Below are positions 36,201-47,542 of a DNA stretch of 63,660 nucleotides, piece by piece. The stretch lies in the NCBI RefSeq assembly GCF_000281045.1, contig NW_008246094.1:312949-376608 (forward strand). Reading direction: 5' to 3'. The DNA is from Saprolegnia diclina VS20 (lineage: Eukaryota). Positions within the stretch are counted from its first letter, which is position 1; every line of letters starts with the position of its first letter. The notes beneath the pieces were generated by a model. The model searched no databases and was not told where the DNA came from. It saw only the letters and a list, made by a program, of their open reading frames with translations. Made by a program: the position numbers and the translations under genes.

Positions 36201-39200
36201 AGTGTACGAAGATGTCGAACTCTTTGCTTGTGGTCAAAACAACTATGGCGAACTCTGCCTCGGACACTGCAACTCGACGTCCAAACTCGAGCACGTCCCT
36301 CTGTTCACGTCCAAAAGCGTCAAGCAGATGACAGGCGGCAATGAAGTACTCGCGGTTGTGATGCGCGACGGTGTCGTGTACACGTGTGGCCTCAACAAGA
36401 GCGGGCAGTGCGGCAACGGTACGTTCGAGGAGCGCGTCGTCCTCGCAACGCCCGTCCGGTCGCTCTCGGGCATCCCTATTAGCATGGTGGCTGCTGCGAA
36501 CGGCTGCGAACACATGATTGCGGTCGCTGTCGACGGCTCGGCGTACTCGTGGGGCTACAACGACCGTGGTCAGCTCGGCCTCGGCTCGACGATCTCCAAG
36601 TCGCACACACCCAAGCTCATCGAGTCGCTCCACGAAAAGTATCTCATTGTCTCGGCGGGCGTGAGCTACCATCACAGCGCCGTTGTGACAAGCAATGGCG
36701 AACTTCTCACGTTTGGTATGAACGACTGCGGACAACTCGGCTTGGACCACACGCAGCACCAGCACACGCCGCAGCTCGTCGATGCGCTGTCGAGCCAAGT
36801 CGTGACCAAAGTATCGTGCGGTTTGTACCATACCGTCATCATCACCGCGAGCGGCGACGTGTACACGTGCGGCAAGAACGACTATGGCCAACTGGGTCTT
36901 GGCCATGCGCGCAGCGTCAAGGTGCCAAACCACATGAAGCTCAACCCAAGCGAGAGCGACGAGAAGGTGCTTTCTGGCTGGAGCGGCTACTACCACACGA
37001 CGCTCGTGACAGACAAGGGCAAACTCATCACGTTTGGTCGCAACGACTATGGCCAGCTCGGCATTGGCAGCAAGGAGCACAAGAATGCACCGCACGTTGT
37101 GCCTCTGCCACTTGGCGCCAAAGTTGTCTCGGCGGCCTGCGGCTGCTACCACACACTTGTGCTCTTGGGGAATGCGCACGTCATGGTGTTTGGCCGCAAC
37201 AACAAGGGTCAGCTGGGGGCGGGGGCGCGCACGCTACCGTCTGCGGACCTTCCACTGCCGATTCCAACGTCGTCATACTCGGATGATGACGTGGTGGTGA
37301 TCGCAGCGGGCTTCTACAGCTCGTACATTCTCACGGGCCGCAAGAGCGACGGGTCGAAAAAGTCACCGCCGAAAGACGACGCAAGCGCCAAGGAGGCGGA
37401 CCAGCAAAACGTGTCGTGCGACGCGCTCTTCGAGTCGCTCATGCGCGAGATGGATCGGAATGCGCTTAGCGAGGCGCTGGACGAGACATCGCCATTGCTG
37501 CTGAAGCGCTCCAACACGTCCAAGAAACTGCCGCTGCTCAAGCTTCTCTCGGGCGCGTGGGCCATGACGCGTGCGCTCATGTACCAGTCGCTTCAGCACG
37601 TCTCGCACAAGGACAAGAAGCCAACGGTGAACACTGTCTTGCGAAGCTTCCTCGTATCGATGCTGCAAAACCTCGGCGACGCGTCGGCGCCGCACGCGAC
37701 ACCGGTGGCTAGCCCACACCAGCGTCTCTCGACCGAAGACGAAGGTTTCTTCAACCTCTCGGATGCGTGCGTCGGGCTGATCAAGTATTGTGCGTCCGAG
37801 CAGAGCAAGCCCGCGGACGGCCCGCACGTTCTCTCGCAACTTTTTAGCAACCAAGTGCTTTGGGTGCTCCTCGCATGCGGGTCGGTGAGCTCGGACGTGT
37901 GTTCCGTCATGGCGTCGAGTCCGGTCGTGCTGCGTGAGATCGTCTCGGGGCTGCTGAGTTCGACGTTGTCGTCGTCGATCATTTGCATGCGACTGAGTAT
38001 GCTCCTCTTTCCATTGCAGTCGGTCTCCTCGGTCAACAAGGTCTTTCGATCGCTGCCGTCGGTCCACGGCGCGTCGGACATTGTGTCGTTCCTCTTTCTG
38101 CTTGTGGGCGGCCCGATGCTACTGCGGCCGACGCTGTGCAAGCACGAGATGGGCCTCGAGTCGGCGTCGACAACACTCTGCAACTACTTCAACTGCAGCA
38201 AGGGCGTGTCTGGGGACGCCACGATTCTCTCGGAGCTTCACCACATGCTCGAGAAGCACCATACAAGCCAAGCCAAGTCGTGTGAAGCCGTCTCGCTGAT
38301 TCGGTACCTCACGCTCTTTCCGACGTGGAAGAAGGCGGTCGGCGCGATCGTGTCGCGGTCGCTCGAGAAGACAGACCTCGTCGACGAGCTCTTGCAGACC
38401 ATTACCAGATTTTACGAGCACTTTGCCGACGCCAACGAAGACAATTTGTCGCTGGGCGTAGCCAACGACAACGAATCGACTCCGACGGAAGCCAGTACCG
38501 TCGAGGCCGTGCGCCAACCTGAGACCACGTCGCCCGAAAACGACGACGAAGGCGACACCCGCGCGACGCCGCTTGTCGACGAGACCAAGAAAGAGCGCGC
38601 GATCGACGTCATCTCCGAGTCGCTCTCGTTCGATAAGAAGGCGGCCGCGCTGCGCAAGAAGGCACGCGAGGCGCTGGACCACGCAACGCTCCTCATGGCT
38701 GCGATCTGCGTCGTGGGCGGGCACACGGAAGTGCTCCGCGAAGGCGGTCACGTGCTCTTTGAAGATCTCGAGATGCGTGGTCGGTACAAGAGCGGCGTGC
38801 TCGTCGCGTTGAAAAAGTCGGCGCGTGGTGTCATTGACGGCTCGGTCTCGCTCTTGGAGAGCAGTGAGGCGATGTCGCTCCCCACACTGTGCGTACCGCT
38901 CAAGAGCCTTCAGGCCGTCGAGCGCATTCCGGCGATCCCCAACATGTTTGACGACCACCTCGCGGACGCGCTCCAAGCCTTGTCCAAGCTCATCGTGCCA
39001 ACGGGTCCGAGCCCGCTCACATCGCGTCAGTGCTTCAACCCGATCGTCCAAGCGATCCTGGGGCCTATGCTCAAGTCGTACAAGAATCAAATCCGGTGGC
39101 GGTCGACGAAAGCGCTCTCGTCCATCCTGAAGCAGCTGCCGTCGCTCGACACGTCCATGAGCAATAACCTCGATGTGGCCATTGTCTCCAACATTGCGTC

Positions 39201-42200
39201 GCTCCTTGCCGCCGAGAATGCGTTCCGCGTTCCCAAAGTGTCGTTGGCGAATGCCGCTGTCGAGGACCTGGCGAGCCTCCACTCGAAATGGGTCTGCGTC
39301 ACGGAACACCGAACGTACTTGGCGGCCGAGAACGTCATTGACGCCGCACTCGATGCGATTGAAGGCCATGTCCGCGACGACGTGGTGCGCAAGCTTGGCG
39401 ACGAGAACGCACTGAGCTGGGGCATCGATGCGATCCAGAGCCCAAAGAAGCGGTCGTCGACCGTGTCGTTCCAGACTGCTACAAAGGGCAGTGCCACCAA
39501 CGACACGTCGCACGACGTGCCCCTCGGTGTTTGGGGGATGCTGGTGCCCGTGCAAAACATAGCGTCGGTGACAGACGAGTCGCCGTTCTCGTCCAACTTT
39601 CATCTGCGGGCGCCGGTGGTGCGCGTCGGACGCGCGACCGACTCGTGCGACATTGTCATCAACGACCGCAGCGTGAGCGGCCGGCATTTCCATTTGCGCC
39701 GCGCGCGCCAAGATGCGTCCGACGAGTACTACGAGCTGCAAGACTTTTCCAAGAACGGTACAATCGTCAATGGCGTCCGCGTCCACGGTGCGAGTTTGCG
39801 TGTCTCGCACGGCGCGCGCATCTCACTCATCTTGTCGCGCGGCGGTATGATCACGTACGAGTTCCACGTTGTGTCGCAAAGCAACGCCCCCGTGCTCCTC
39901 GAAGCGCCGTCGGTCAGCGGCGCCAGCCTTGCCTCGGAGCCGCAACAGGCGCAGCAGCTCGAGTTTCAAGAGCCACGAAGCCCGGCCGAAGTCCAGAACC
40001 GCGGAATGATGAGCAACATTCGTGCACGCCTCGGGCCGCAAGGCTTGCGACTCATCACGACAATTGGCGACTCGGACCTCCCGCGGGCGCTCATCTCCCC
40101 CAACCCGGCTGTGGACTCGCCGCGTGCCGCGTCCAACCCGCCGCCTATCGCAATCTCGACCCACTCGCCGCGAACGCCTGCCATTGGGTCGCCGGCGCAC
40201 CTCTTGCTGTCGCCGGCGTCGTTCCAGCAACGAGAAAGCAGCGACAACGGGCCGTTGCCAGCGATGGCTATCAACGAAGCGTTGCGCATTGCGCTGGGTC
40301 GTGACAGCCTCAGTCGCGACGCAATCATGCACGACGTCTTGGCGCGCACGCGTGTCCTTACGGCGTCTGGGGACATTGTACCTGCGAAGAAGACCGCGGT
40401 AGCTGACTGGCTCAATATCGATAAAGGTATTGACCCTATGCCGACTAGGCACCCAAGCCACTCGCGGAAGCGGCGAAAATCAGTGCCAGCGACATGGCGC
40501 GCGACTTGTACAAGCGTGTGCGCGACCTCGGCGGCCAAAGCGTCGAACTCGAGCTCTGTGAGCGCGCGCTTGAAGTTCAAAATGGTGATGTTGTCCGTGC
40601 CCTCAAATACGTGCAGGATCACCTCGGCAAGGCACAGGTAGCATTTATCCCACTGGACGATCTCGGTGGTCATGCCAGCTCGTGTAGAGTCTGGGACTCA
40701 GCCCACAGCACCACTTGGCGGCGCGCAGCCTCGCCCATATTGTGGGCCAAAGCACTACTGCGTGCTCGCATGCACTCAAGCAGAGCGGCAACAACATCGG
40801 CGTCGCCTTGCGCTCTCTCCTCTTTAACCGGACGGCGCACATCAGCGAATCAGCGCCGCCAGAGCCAAGCCACGAAGACGACGATCTCGTCTCGGACCAA
40901 TTTGACAAATTTGTGTCGCAGGCCGTGGACCAGCTCGCGAGTACGGCCCATGATGCGTGCGAGGAGAACCCGAGTTACCGCCTCCTTGAAACAACTGCGC
41001 CGTCGGCGTCGTCGCCGCGTCGATCGATCGCAGCGCGTTCGAGCCCGATGCGGCTCTCGCTTGCAAAAAGCTCCAAGCGTGACGACGTCGTGCCGTGGAG
41101 TGCATGTACCGCGCACATGGACGAACGCATCCGGTCGCTGAATTGGCGTGAAGTCGACTACGAAGAAGAGGTGCTGAGTCACATGCTCTGTGCAACGCAC
41201 GCGCGCAAACTGCTCTTGCAAGTGATTCGTCTGCTTCAGCCAGTACGTACATGCCTTGATGTTATGTTGGAAGCGAACTGTGTCTGGTAGCACCACCAAG
41301 CCAACAAGCTCGACGAGAGCAGCCCGTTGTGCTCGTTTGGCGACCGCAACACGCTGCGGCAGCTTGTGCTCTTTCCCGAGCACGCGCCGGGCGATGAAAG
41401 CCTCGATGAGCAGTCGCACCATCGGCACACGCAAGGCCGCATCCAGCAAATATTGGCGCGCATCTCGTCCGACGTGATGGCGTCGTCGGCGGCGCGGACG
41501 CTCGAGGCCAACATGCGCACGTTCCAGAACGTCTCGACCCTCGCGAGCTCGATCGACAAGACGGATACGCTCCTGGCATCGCACGCCAACCATAACACGG
41601 TGCACGAAGTCGTGCGCACGCTCCTGCTATCGACCACCGACGATGTGGCGACCAAGTACGCGATTTGCGAAGACTTGGTGCTCGACACGATGATGCACGT
41701 CATCTCCAAGACGTTTAGCGCCAAGGATTACGAGTCGAAATCGCGAACGAGTGCCAGCAGCCACCACGACGGCAGCAGCGAGTACCCAAAAGGGCCCTTC
41801 CTTGTCTCATCGGGTCTCGAAGTCACGATCGTTGCGTCGTACGAGCGCATTTGGGGCATTCCGCACCCCGATCCGCTGGTCGTGTACCGCCACAAGTGGC
41901 GCAAGAAGGGCGGCTCGCTTCTCGAGAAGGACGCGCGTGTGCCATTTGATGTTGGCGTCACGCTCTGGCGGCCCGTCTTTCCGTCGTCATTCCAGACGAC
42001 ACTGCTGGCGCCTGAAAAGTGGTTTGCGCTCGGCGACGTGGCCAAAGCCGGAAACGACGCGCCGTCGACACCGATCGCACTCGTTCGCGACAACAACGAC
42101 GGATGCCTCGCGCCACCCCTTCGTTATGAGTGTGTCGACGTAACGGGGAAAGGCCTCCCAAAGAACTCGGCAACGGACGGCGAGTTTGAGCGCAAGCAGC

Positions 42201-45200
42201 TGCGCTCCATGTGGTGGCCGATTGCACCGCCAGGATACGTCGCGATGGGTTGCATCGCAGGCAACAAGGAGGCGCCGTTCGACCCCCCATCGGTGCAAAG
42301 CGTCCGGTGCGTCCGCGAAGACTTGGTCCAGTGTCTCGACAGCGCTACGTGCTTGTGGCAGACGCCGAACGTCGCGCTGTGGTCTGTCAACGCCGACTAC
42401 TCGGCGCATTTGATTGCAACAAGCCCGCAACTACCGCCGCCGACAACCGTGCCCGTTCTCCAACTCTCGGACGATGACCGCATCTTGTGCTCTCCCGTAA
42501 CCACCGCGACGGTGCTTCGCTTTGTGAATGTCCTCTTGCACGCCAACCAGTGTCTCGGGAGCGCGGGATCGATCCTCGTCCCGGAGCTCACGTCGGCGCT
42601 CTTTGTACTCGTCAAGCAGGCGCTCTCGGAGAAGCGCAGCTCGCACATCACGATCGAGCTCGTGCGCGCGCTCGCGACGCTGATTCGCCACGGGTGTCCT
42701 TGGAAAGACAAGGAGGGCGTGCTCTATTGCCGGTCCAAAGTCATGTTTTTGCACCAAGACCAAGAGGGCAGTTTGATGCTGAGCTCGCTCCTCCAAGCGC
42801 TCGTCGAGCTCCTCCTTGTCGTCGACAACCAGAACCGCGCCGAGAAGCTCGCGATCTTCAAGCAGCTACCGTTGTACGAGACGACGGCCACGCTGCCGTA
42901 CACGCTGCATCGCACCGAGAGCGTGTGTGCTCCGATGCATCCGCCCAAGATTCAAGTCGAGGCAGGTGCGATCGGTGGCGAGTGGGTGCTGCAGTACGCA
43001 GGGTCGCCCGAGGTCGCCAAACTCGAAGGCGTGGTGCCCAAAGTCGTCTCGCTACGCTTGGAGAGCACGCCGCTGCTGCACATCTCTCTTCAGACCCGGG
43101 CCATTGCGACGCTTCGTTACTTTGAGATTATCGTCCAAGAGTCCAAACCGCAGAGCGTGCGGCCAGCAGGCTTTGCCCTGGGGTTCGCAACGGCCGACAT
43201 GGTGCTGGAAGGGTCGTCGTGCGTTGGCATGCTAGCCAAGACATACGCGTTTGCACCGAGCAGCGGCAAGACGCTCTGCGGCGATCCGCTCGCTGACGTG
43301 TGGACATGGCCCGACATTGCGTTGCCGCCATCGCCCGGCGACGTCTACGGCTGCGGTCTTCGGCTCGACGCGCACGAGATCTTTTTTACAAAGAACGGTC
43401 GCCTCCTCGGCACGGCGTTCTCGTCAATTCTCGGGGACAGCCAGCTGCAGCCGACAATCTCGATGGACTGCGAGATGACGCTGCTTCTTCGCGTTCACGA
43501 CCAAGTGGCATTTCCGTTTGATACGACCGACTGGGACGCGCCCATGGAGGGCTTTGAGTGGTTTGATCATCTCAGTCAAGTGTACGGTATCATGCACGCT
43601 CTCGTCGACAAGACGCCGCTACCAGACGAGTTTCTCCTCTCAGCCGACAATTTCCTCGCGTCGATTTCAAGTGACGTGTGCAAGACGTTCTCCAGCGCAC
43701 ATCCGTATGACCTCGAGCTCCAGGAAGAGACCGTGCACATTGCACTTGCGACCTCGATTCGCATCAAGCTCGACCCACTCTGTGAGACATCGGGGTCGCA
43801 CTGCCTTCAGATCGCGCAGGGGAGCAGCGACGAGACTGCTGAAGCCGAAGTGCGCACGTTTACAGGCGCTTGTGGTGGTCAAGAAATCACAGTGGATGGC
43901 AACGAATTCACATGGCGGTTTCCAGTGCAGTCCAACTTTCAGTGCCGCATCGATCGGCTCCGGAAAGGCCCGTACATCAAGCTTGATGCGCGGGATACGC
44001 GGCTGTCGCTCACGCGCGACAAGGGCTGGCAGTCGGCGATCGGCGTCGCCCGCTTCGACTCGGGCGTGCACACGTGGGAGGTCAAGATCGCGTTTGTGAC
44101 GGCGTCGTCCAACATTTTTCTTGGCATTGCGCGCAAGGACGTCCGGTTCGACTCGTACCTTGGCAAAGACAACCGCGGGTGGGGCTGGATTGGCAACCGC
44201 GCGCTGTGGCACAACGGCAGCAAGCAGCGCGGCACGTACGGCGAAAAGTTCAAGACGGGCGACGTCGTGCGCTTGGTTCTCGATTTGAAGCGAGGGACGC
44301 TCTCGTATGCGCTCAACGGCAAGGACCTTGGTGTTGCGTTCGGACCTGGTGGCACAGGGCCCAAGCTCGAAGGCACCTTCTACCCGGGCTTTGCACTCTA
44401 CAACCAACGCGACGTGATTGAACTCGTGGGTGGTCACCGCATGGAGGACAACGACGTGTCACTCTCGCACAGCGCGCTGCACACTCCCGACATGCATCTG
44501 CACGACGATGCTAGTGGGCTTTACGGCAGTGACGACGACGACGGCGACGTTGAAGCCACGGCCGAGGCGGTGCCAAACTACCGCGTCGAGCTCGCGACCG
44601 TGCTGAGCCAAATGGGTTTTCCGATGGACTGGTGCGTCTATGCGCTCAAGCATTGCGACGACGACGCGGAGCAGGCCGCCGACTTTATCTTGGGCAACAT
44701 GCACGCGATGGAAGCGCTCGTGCGCGAGGAAGCCGAAGCGTACAGCCGACTGCTCGCGACGCGCGAAGACGTTGGTGTGACGCCTCCTGCGCCAAGCATG
44801 GCGCTCGTCGATGTTGACACGCCAGACGACCTCGAGGCAAATGCCATATCCGAGCCCGCGCCACCGATTGCGGTGGAAAAGTGGGGCGTCGCCTTCACGG
44901 TCGTGCCTGAATTCTCGGTCGCGGGGCGCCACTTGCTTGCGCTCAAGTACGCGCCGGCGCTGGCTGCGCTCCATGACGCGCACGCGGTCTTTGGTCGTGA
45001 CCAAGACGAAGCGATTGTGAGTCTCGTAAATGCACTCTGCGAAGCGCGGGCCGAAGCATCTGTGGCCTGCGACCCATTGCGACTGCGGCCGGACGAGTTT
45101 GCACCGACCGACGACGAGCTCCGTGAATATCCGTGCTTGGTGGGGCTGCCGCTCGACGCGCTCCGGTCTCGCTTCCTCGTGCTGCGCAACTTTAACGCGC

Positions 45201-46714
45201 GGCTTCAGCACGTCTTGTCGTTTATGGACTTTGCAGCGACCGAGTCCCAGTCGACGCTCACCAAGTGCATGCGCGAGCTACGGGGCTGCGTCTTCCAGAC
45301 CGTCAAGCTCAACTGGTGGTTTAGCATCCTCAAGGAGCAGCAGACGCCAGCCGCAGCGCGACCGGAAATCGAAGTGGATCGACACAAGGCAGCCGAGTCG
45401 ACATCTGGTGTTCTGGACTCGGTCTTTAGCCAGTGCTTTGCCCAGCTGCAGACGCTGCAAGGGTCGCTCCTCCGCGGGCACGACCGCGCTTTCAAGTGTC
45501 AATTCGTCGGCGAATTTGGCGACGACTTTGGCGGCTTGTATCGCGAGTGCTTGGCGCAAATGAGCACCGAGCTGCAGTCCACTATGCTCCCGCTTCTGCA
45601 GCCGTGTCCCAACCAAGTGCACAAGGTGGGCGAGAACCGCGAGTTTTTCGTGCCCAACATCCACCTCCGCAACGACCCAAAGCTCATCCAAATGGCCGAA
45701 TTCCTTGGCAAGCTCATGGGCATTGCCATCCGAAGCAAGACGCCACTCGACCTCAACTTGCCGCCCGTCGTGTGGAAGTTTCTCGTCGACCAACGCGTCA
45801 CGCGCGCCGACATTGAGTCGATCCACCACGGCTGCTTCCAGGTCCGTCTCTTGCATCGATCGACGTCGGGATGCTTAGATTCTTTGTAGGTGGTCGATAC
45901 GATCAACAACATCACCAAGCATGGCATTACGCCGGCCATGTTTGATGACCTCATCGACGCGTCGTTTACCGTGCTCTCATCGGACCGGCGCGAAGTCGAA
46001 CTTGTGCCCGGCGGCCGCCAAGTGCGTGTCACATGGGACGACAAGGTAGCACGCAACGTCGCCAACGACGGGCTAACAAAGCGATGTGTAGGACGAGTAC
46101 GCGCAAGCCGCCGAGGCGTACCGTCTCACCGAGTTCCAGCCCGTGTGCGCTGACGTGGCGCGAGGTCTCGCAACCATCTTGCCGCTTCCGACGCTGTCGC
46201 TGCTCTCGTGGCACGACCTGGCGACGCTTACGTGCGGCAAGGCGACGGTCGACGTCGAGTTACTGAAGCGGCGCACGACGTACGGCGACGGCTGCAGCGG
46301 CTCGGACGCGCACATTGTTTTCTTCTGGGACGTCTTGCGCGAGTTTACGGATGCGCAAAAGTCGTCGTTCCTGCGCTTTGTGTGGGGCCGGTCCCGCCTC
46401 CCGACGCACGCGGCCGACTTTACGCAGGATTTCAAGATCTCGGGGATGCCCAAGGCCGTCGGAAAGGCCGACACGTACCTCCCGCTCGCCCACACGTGTA
46501 CGTCGCGATACGCTTGTATGGAGGCAGGGCCCACGTAGAGAATGCTATAGGCTTCTTCTCGATCGACATGCCCGCGTACTCGAGCAAGGCGGTCATGCGG
46601 GAGAAGCTCCTGTATGCGATCACGCACTGCTCGGCGATCGACGCCGACAACACGACGGTCGCCCAGCGCGCAGGCCAAGGTCTCAACTGGACGCGCGTGA
46701 CGGGCGAGACGTAG
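27240..46714 (+). CDS. Giant HERC-like HECT E3 ubiquitin ligase (roughly 6,300 aa)
   Basis: ORFs 27177..31295, 31331..33133, 33217..40641, 40715..41290, 41327..45889 and the terminal exons are joined by short GT-AG introns. Contains RCC1 repeats, SPRY, Kelch, ZZ, FHA, UBA and Vps62-like motifs. C-terminal HECT: FVGEFGDDFGGLYRE, FLRFVWGRSRLP, LPLAHTCFFSIDMPAYSS. Confidence 0.92.
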
Positions 46715-46787
46715 GTCGTAATACATGCTTGTTAGATTCATACATACGATGGATGGGGCAGGCAGGAAATAGGAGTCGAGAGGCTGC

Positions 46788-47542
46788 TTAGACGCTCGTC
46801 GTCTTGAAGCTGATCGGGATCGGCGACGCGGCAAACTTGATGTTGCGCGACCCGTGGGGCTGCGCGGTCGTTGGTGGGTGGTGCGTCGTGGGGGTCGCGC
46901 GGTCGACCATGCGATCGTCGTGGTGGTGCATGAGGTGTTGTTGCTACGTTCAACATGAGCACGTTCGATACATGACGTCTCGTCCACCTGGTGCGGCGAC
47001 GTGAACGGAATCTGGTCCGTCGCGAGCTGGAGCTCGGGCGGCGGCAGTCGGACGCCATACTCGTTCGGGATGAGCGGGAGTGGGATCGCATTGCGCTTCT
47101 CAGCGAGCTCCATCATGAGCTACGCGTCGGGAATTTTGAGGTATAATACAAGACGAGAGGCGGACCTCGCGCGCCGGCATCTGCGCGTACGTGTGGTTCA
47201 AGCGGGCCATGGCCGCGAGGCGAACGTCGTCGGCGTCGATCTCGGCCTTGTTGGCATACTGCGAGAACTCTTGAGCGTCCACGAGCACCTCCGTCGTGTA
47301 GCCTACGCCGTCGTTAGCTGCATCGACGCTTGGAGCGACGTCGTACGGTGGACAAACTCGAGCAGCTGCGTCACGACGCGCGGCTCATACTTGTCGACGC
47401 CCATCGACTCGAGGATGTGCTTGACGAGCGCCACATCCATGGGCTCGTGCACCTCCTTGGTCGCCGGCGCGTCGTTGGCCTCGTCCTCGACCGGCGCCGT
47501 CGCCGTCACCTTCCGCCGCTTGAGCTCCTTGGCCTCGCTCAT
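46788..47542 (-). CDS. TAF9: TFIID subunit 9
   Basis: PMDVALVKHILESMGVDKYEPRVVTQLLEFVHR|YTTEVLVDAQEFSQYA..IDADDVRLA...ELAEKRNAIPLPLI...GVRLPP, which is the TAF9 histone fold plus its conserved C-terminal region. Three introns. Confidence 0.93.

Noticed and set aside
28452..39810. Long antisense ORFs (28452..30167, 35281..37179, 38119..39810 and many similar ones across the window)
   Set aside because: They are shadow ORFs opposite strongly GC3-biased real genes, with no recognisable motifs.
27240..46714. Frame breaks and in-frame stops between ORFs as programmed frameshifting, readthrough or selenocysteine
   Set aside because: Each break examined is explained by a short GT-AG intron, including the one splitting the catalytic Cys codon (T|GC) near 46497-46551.
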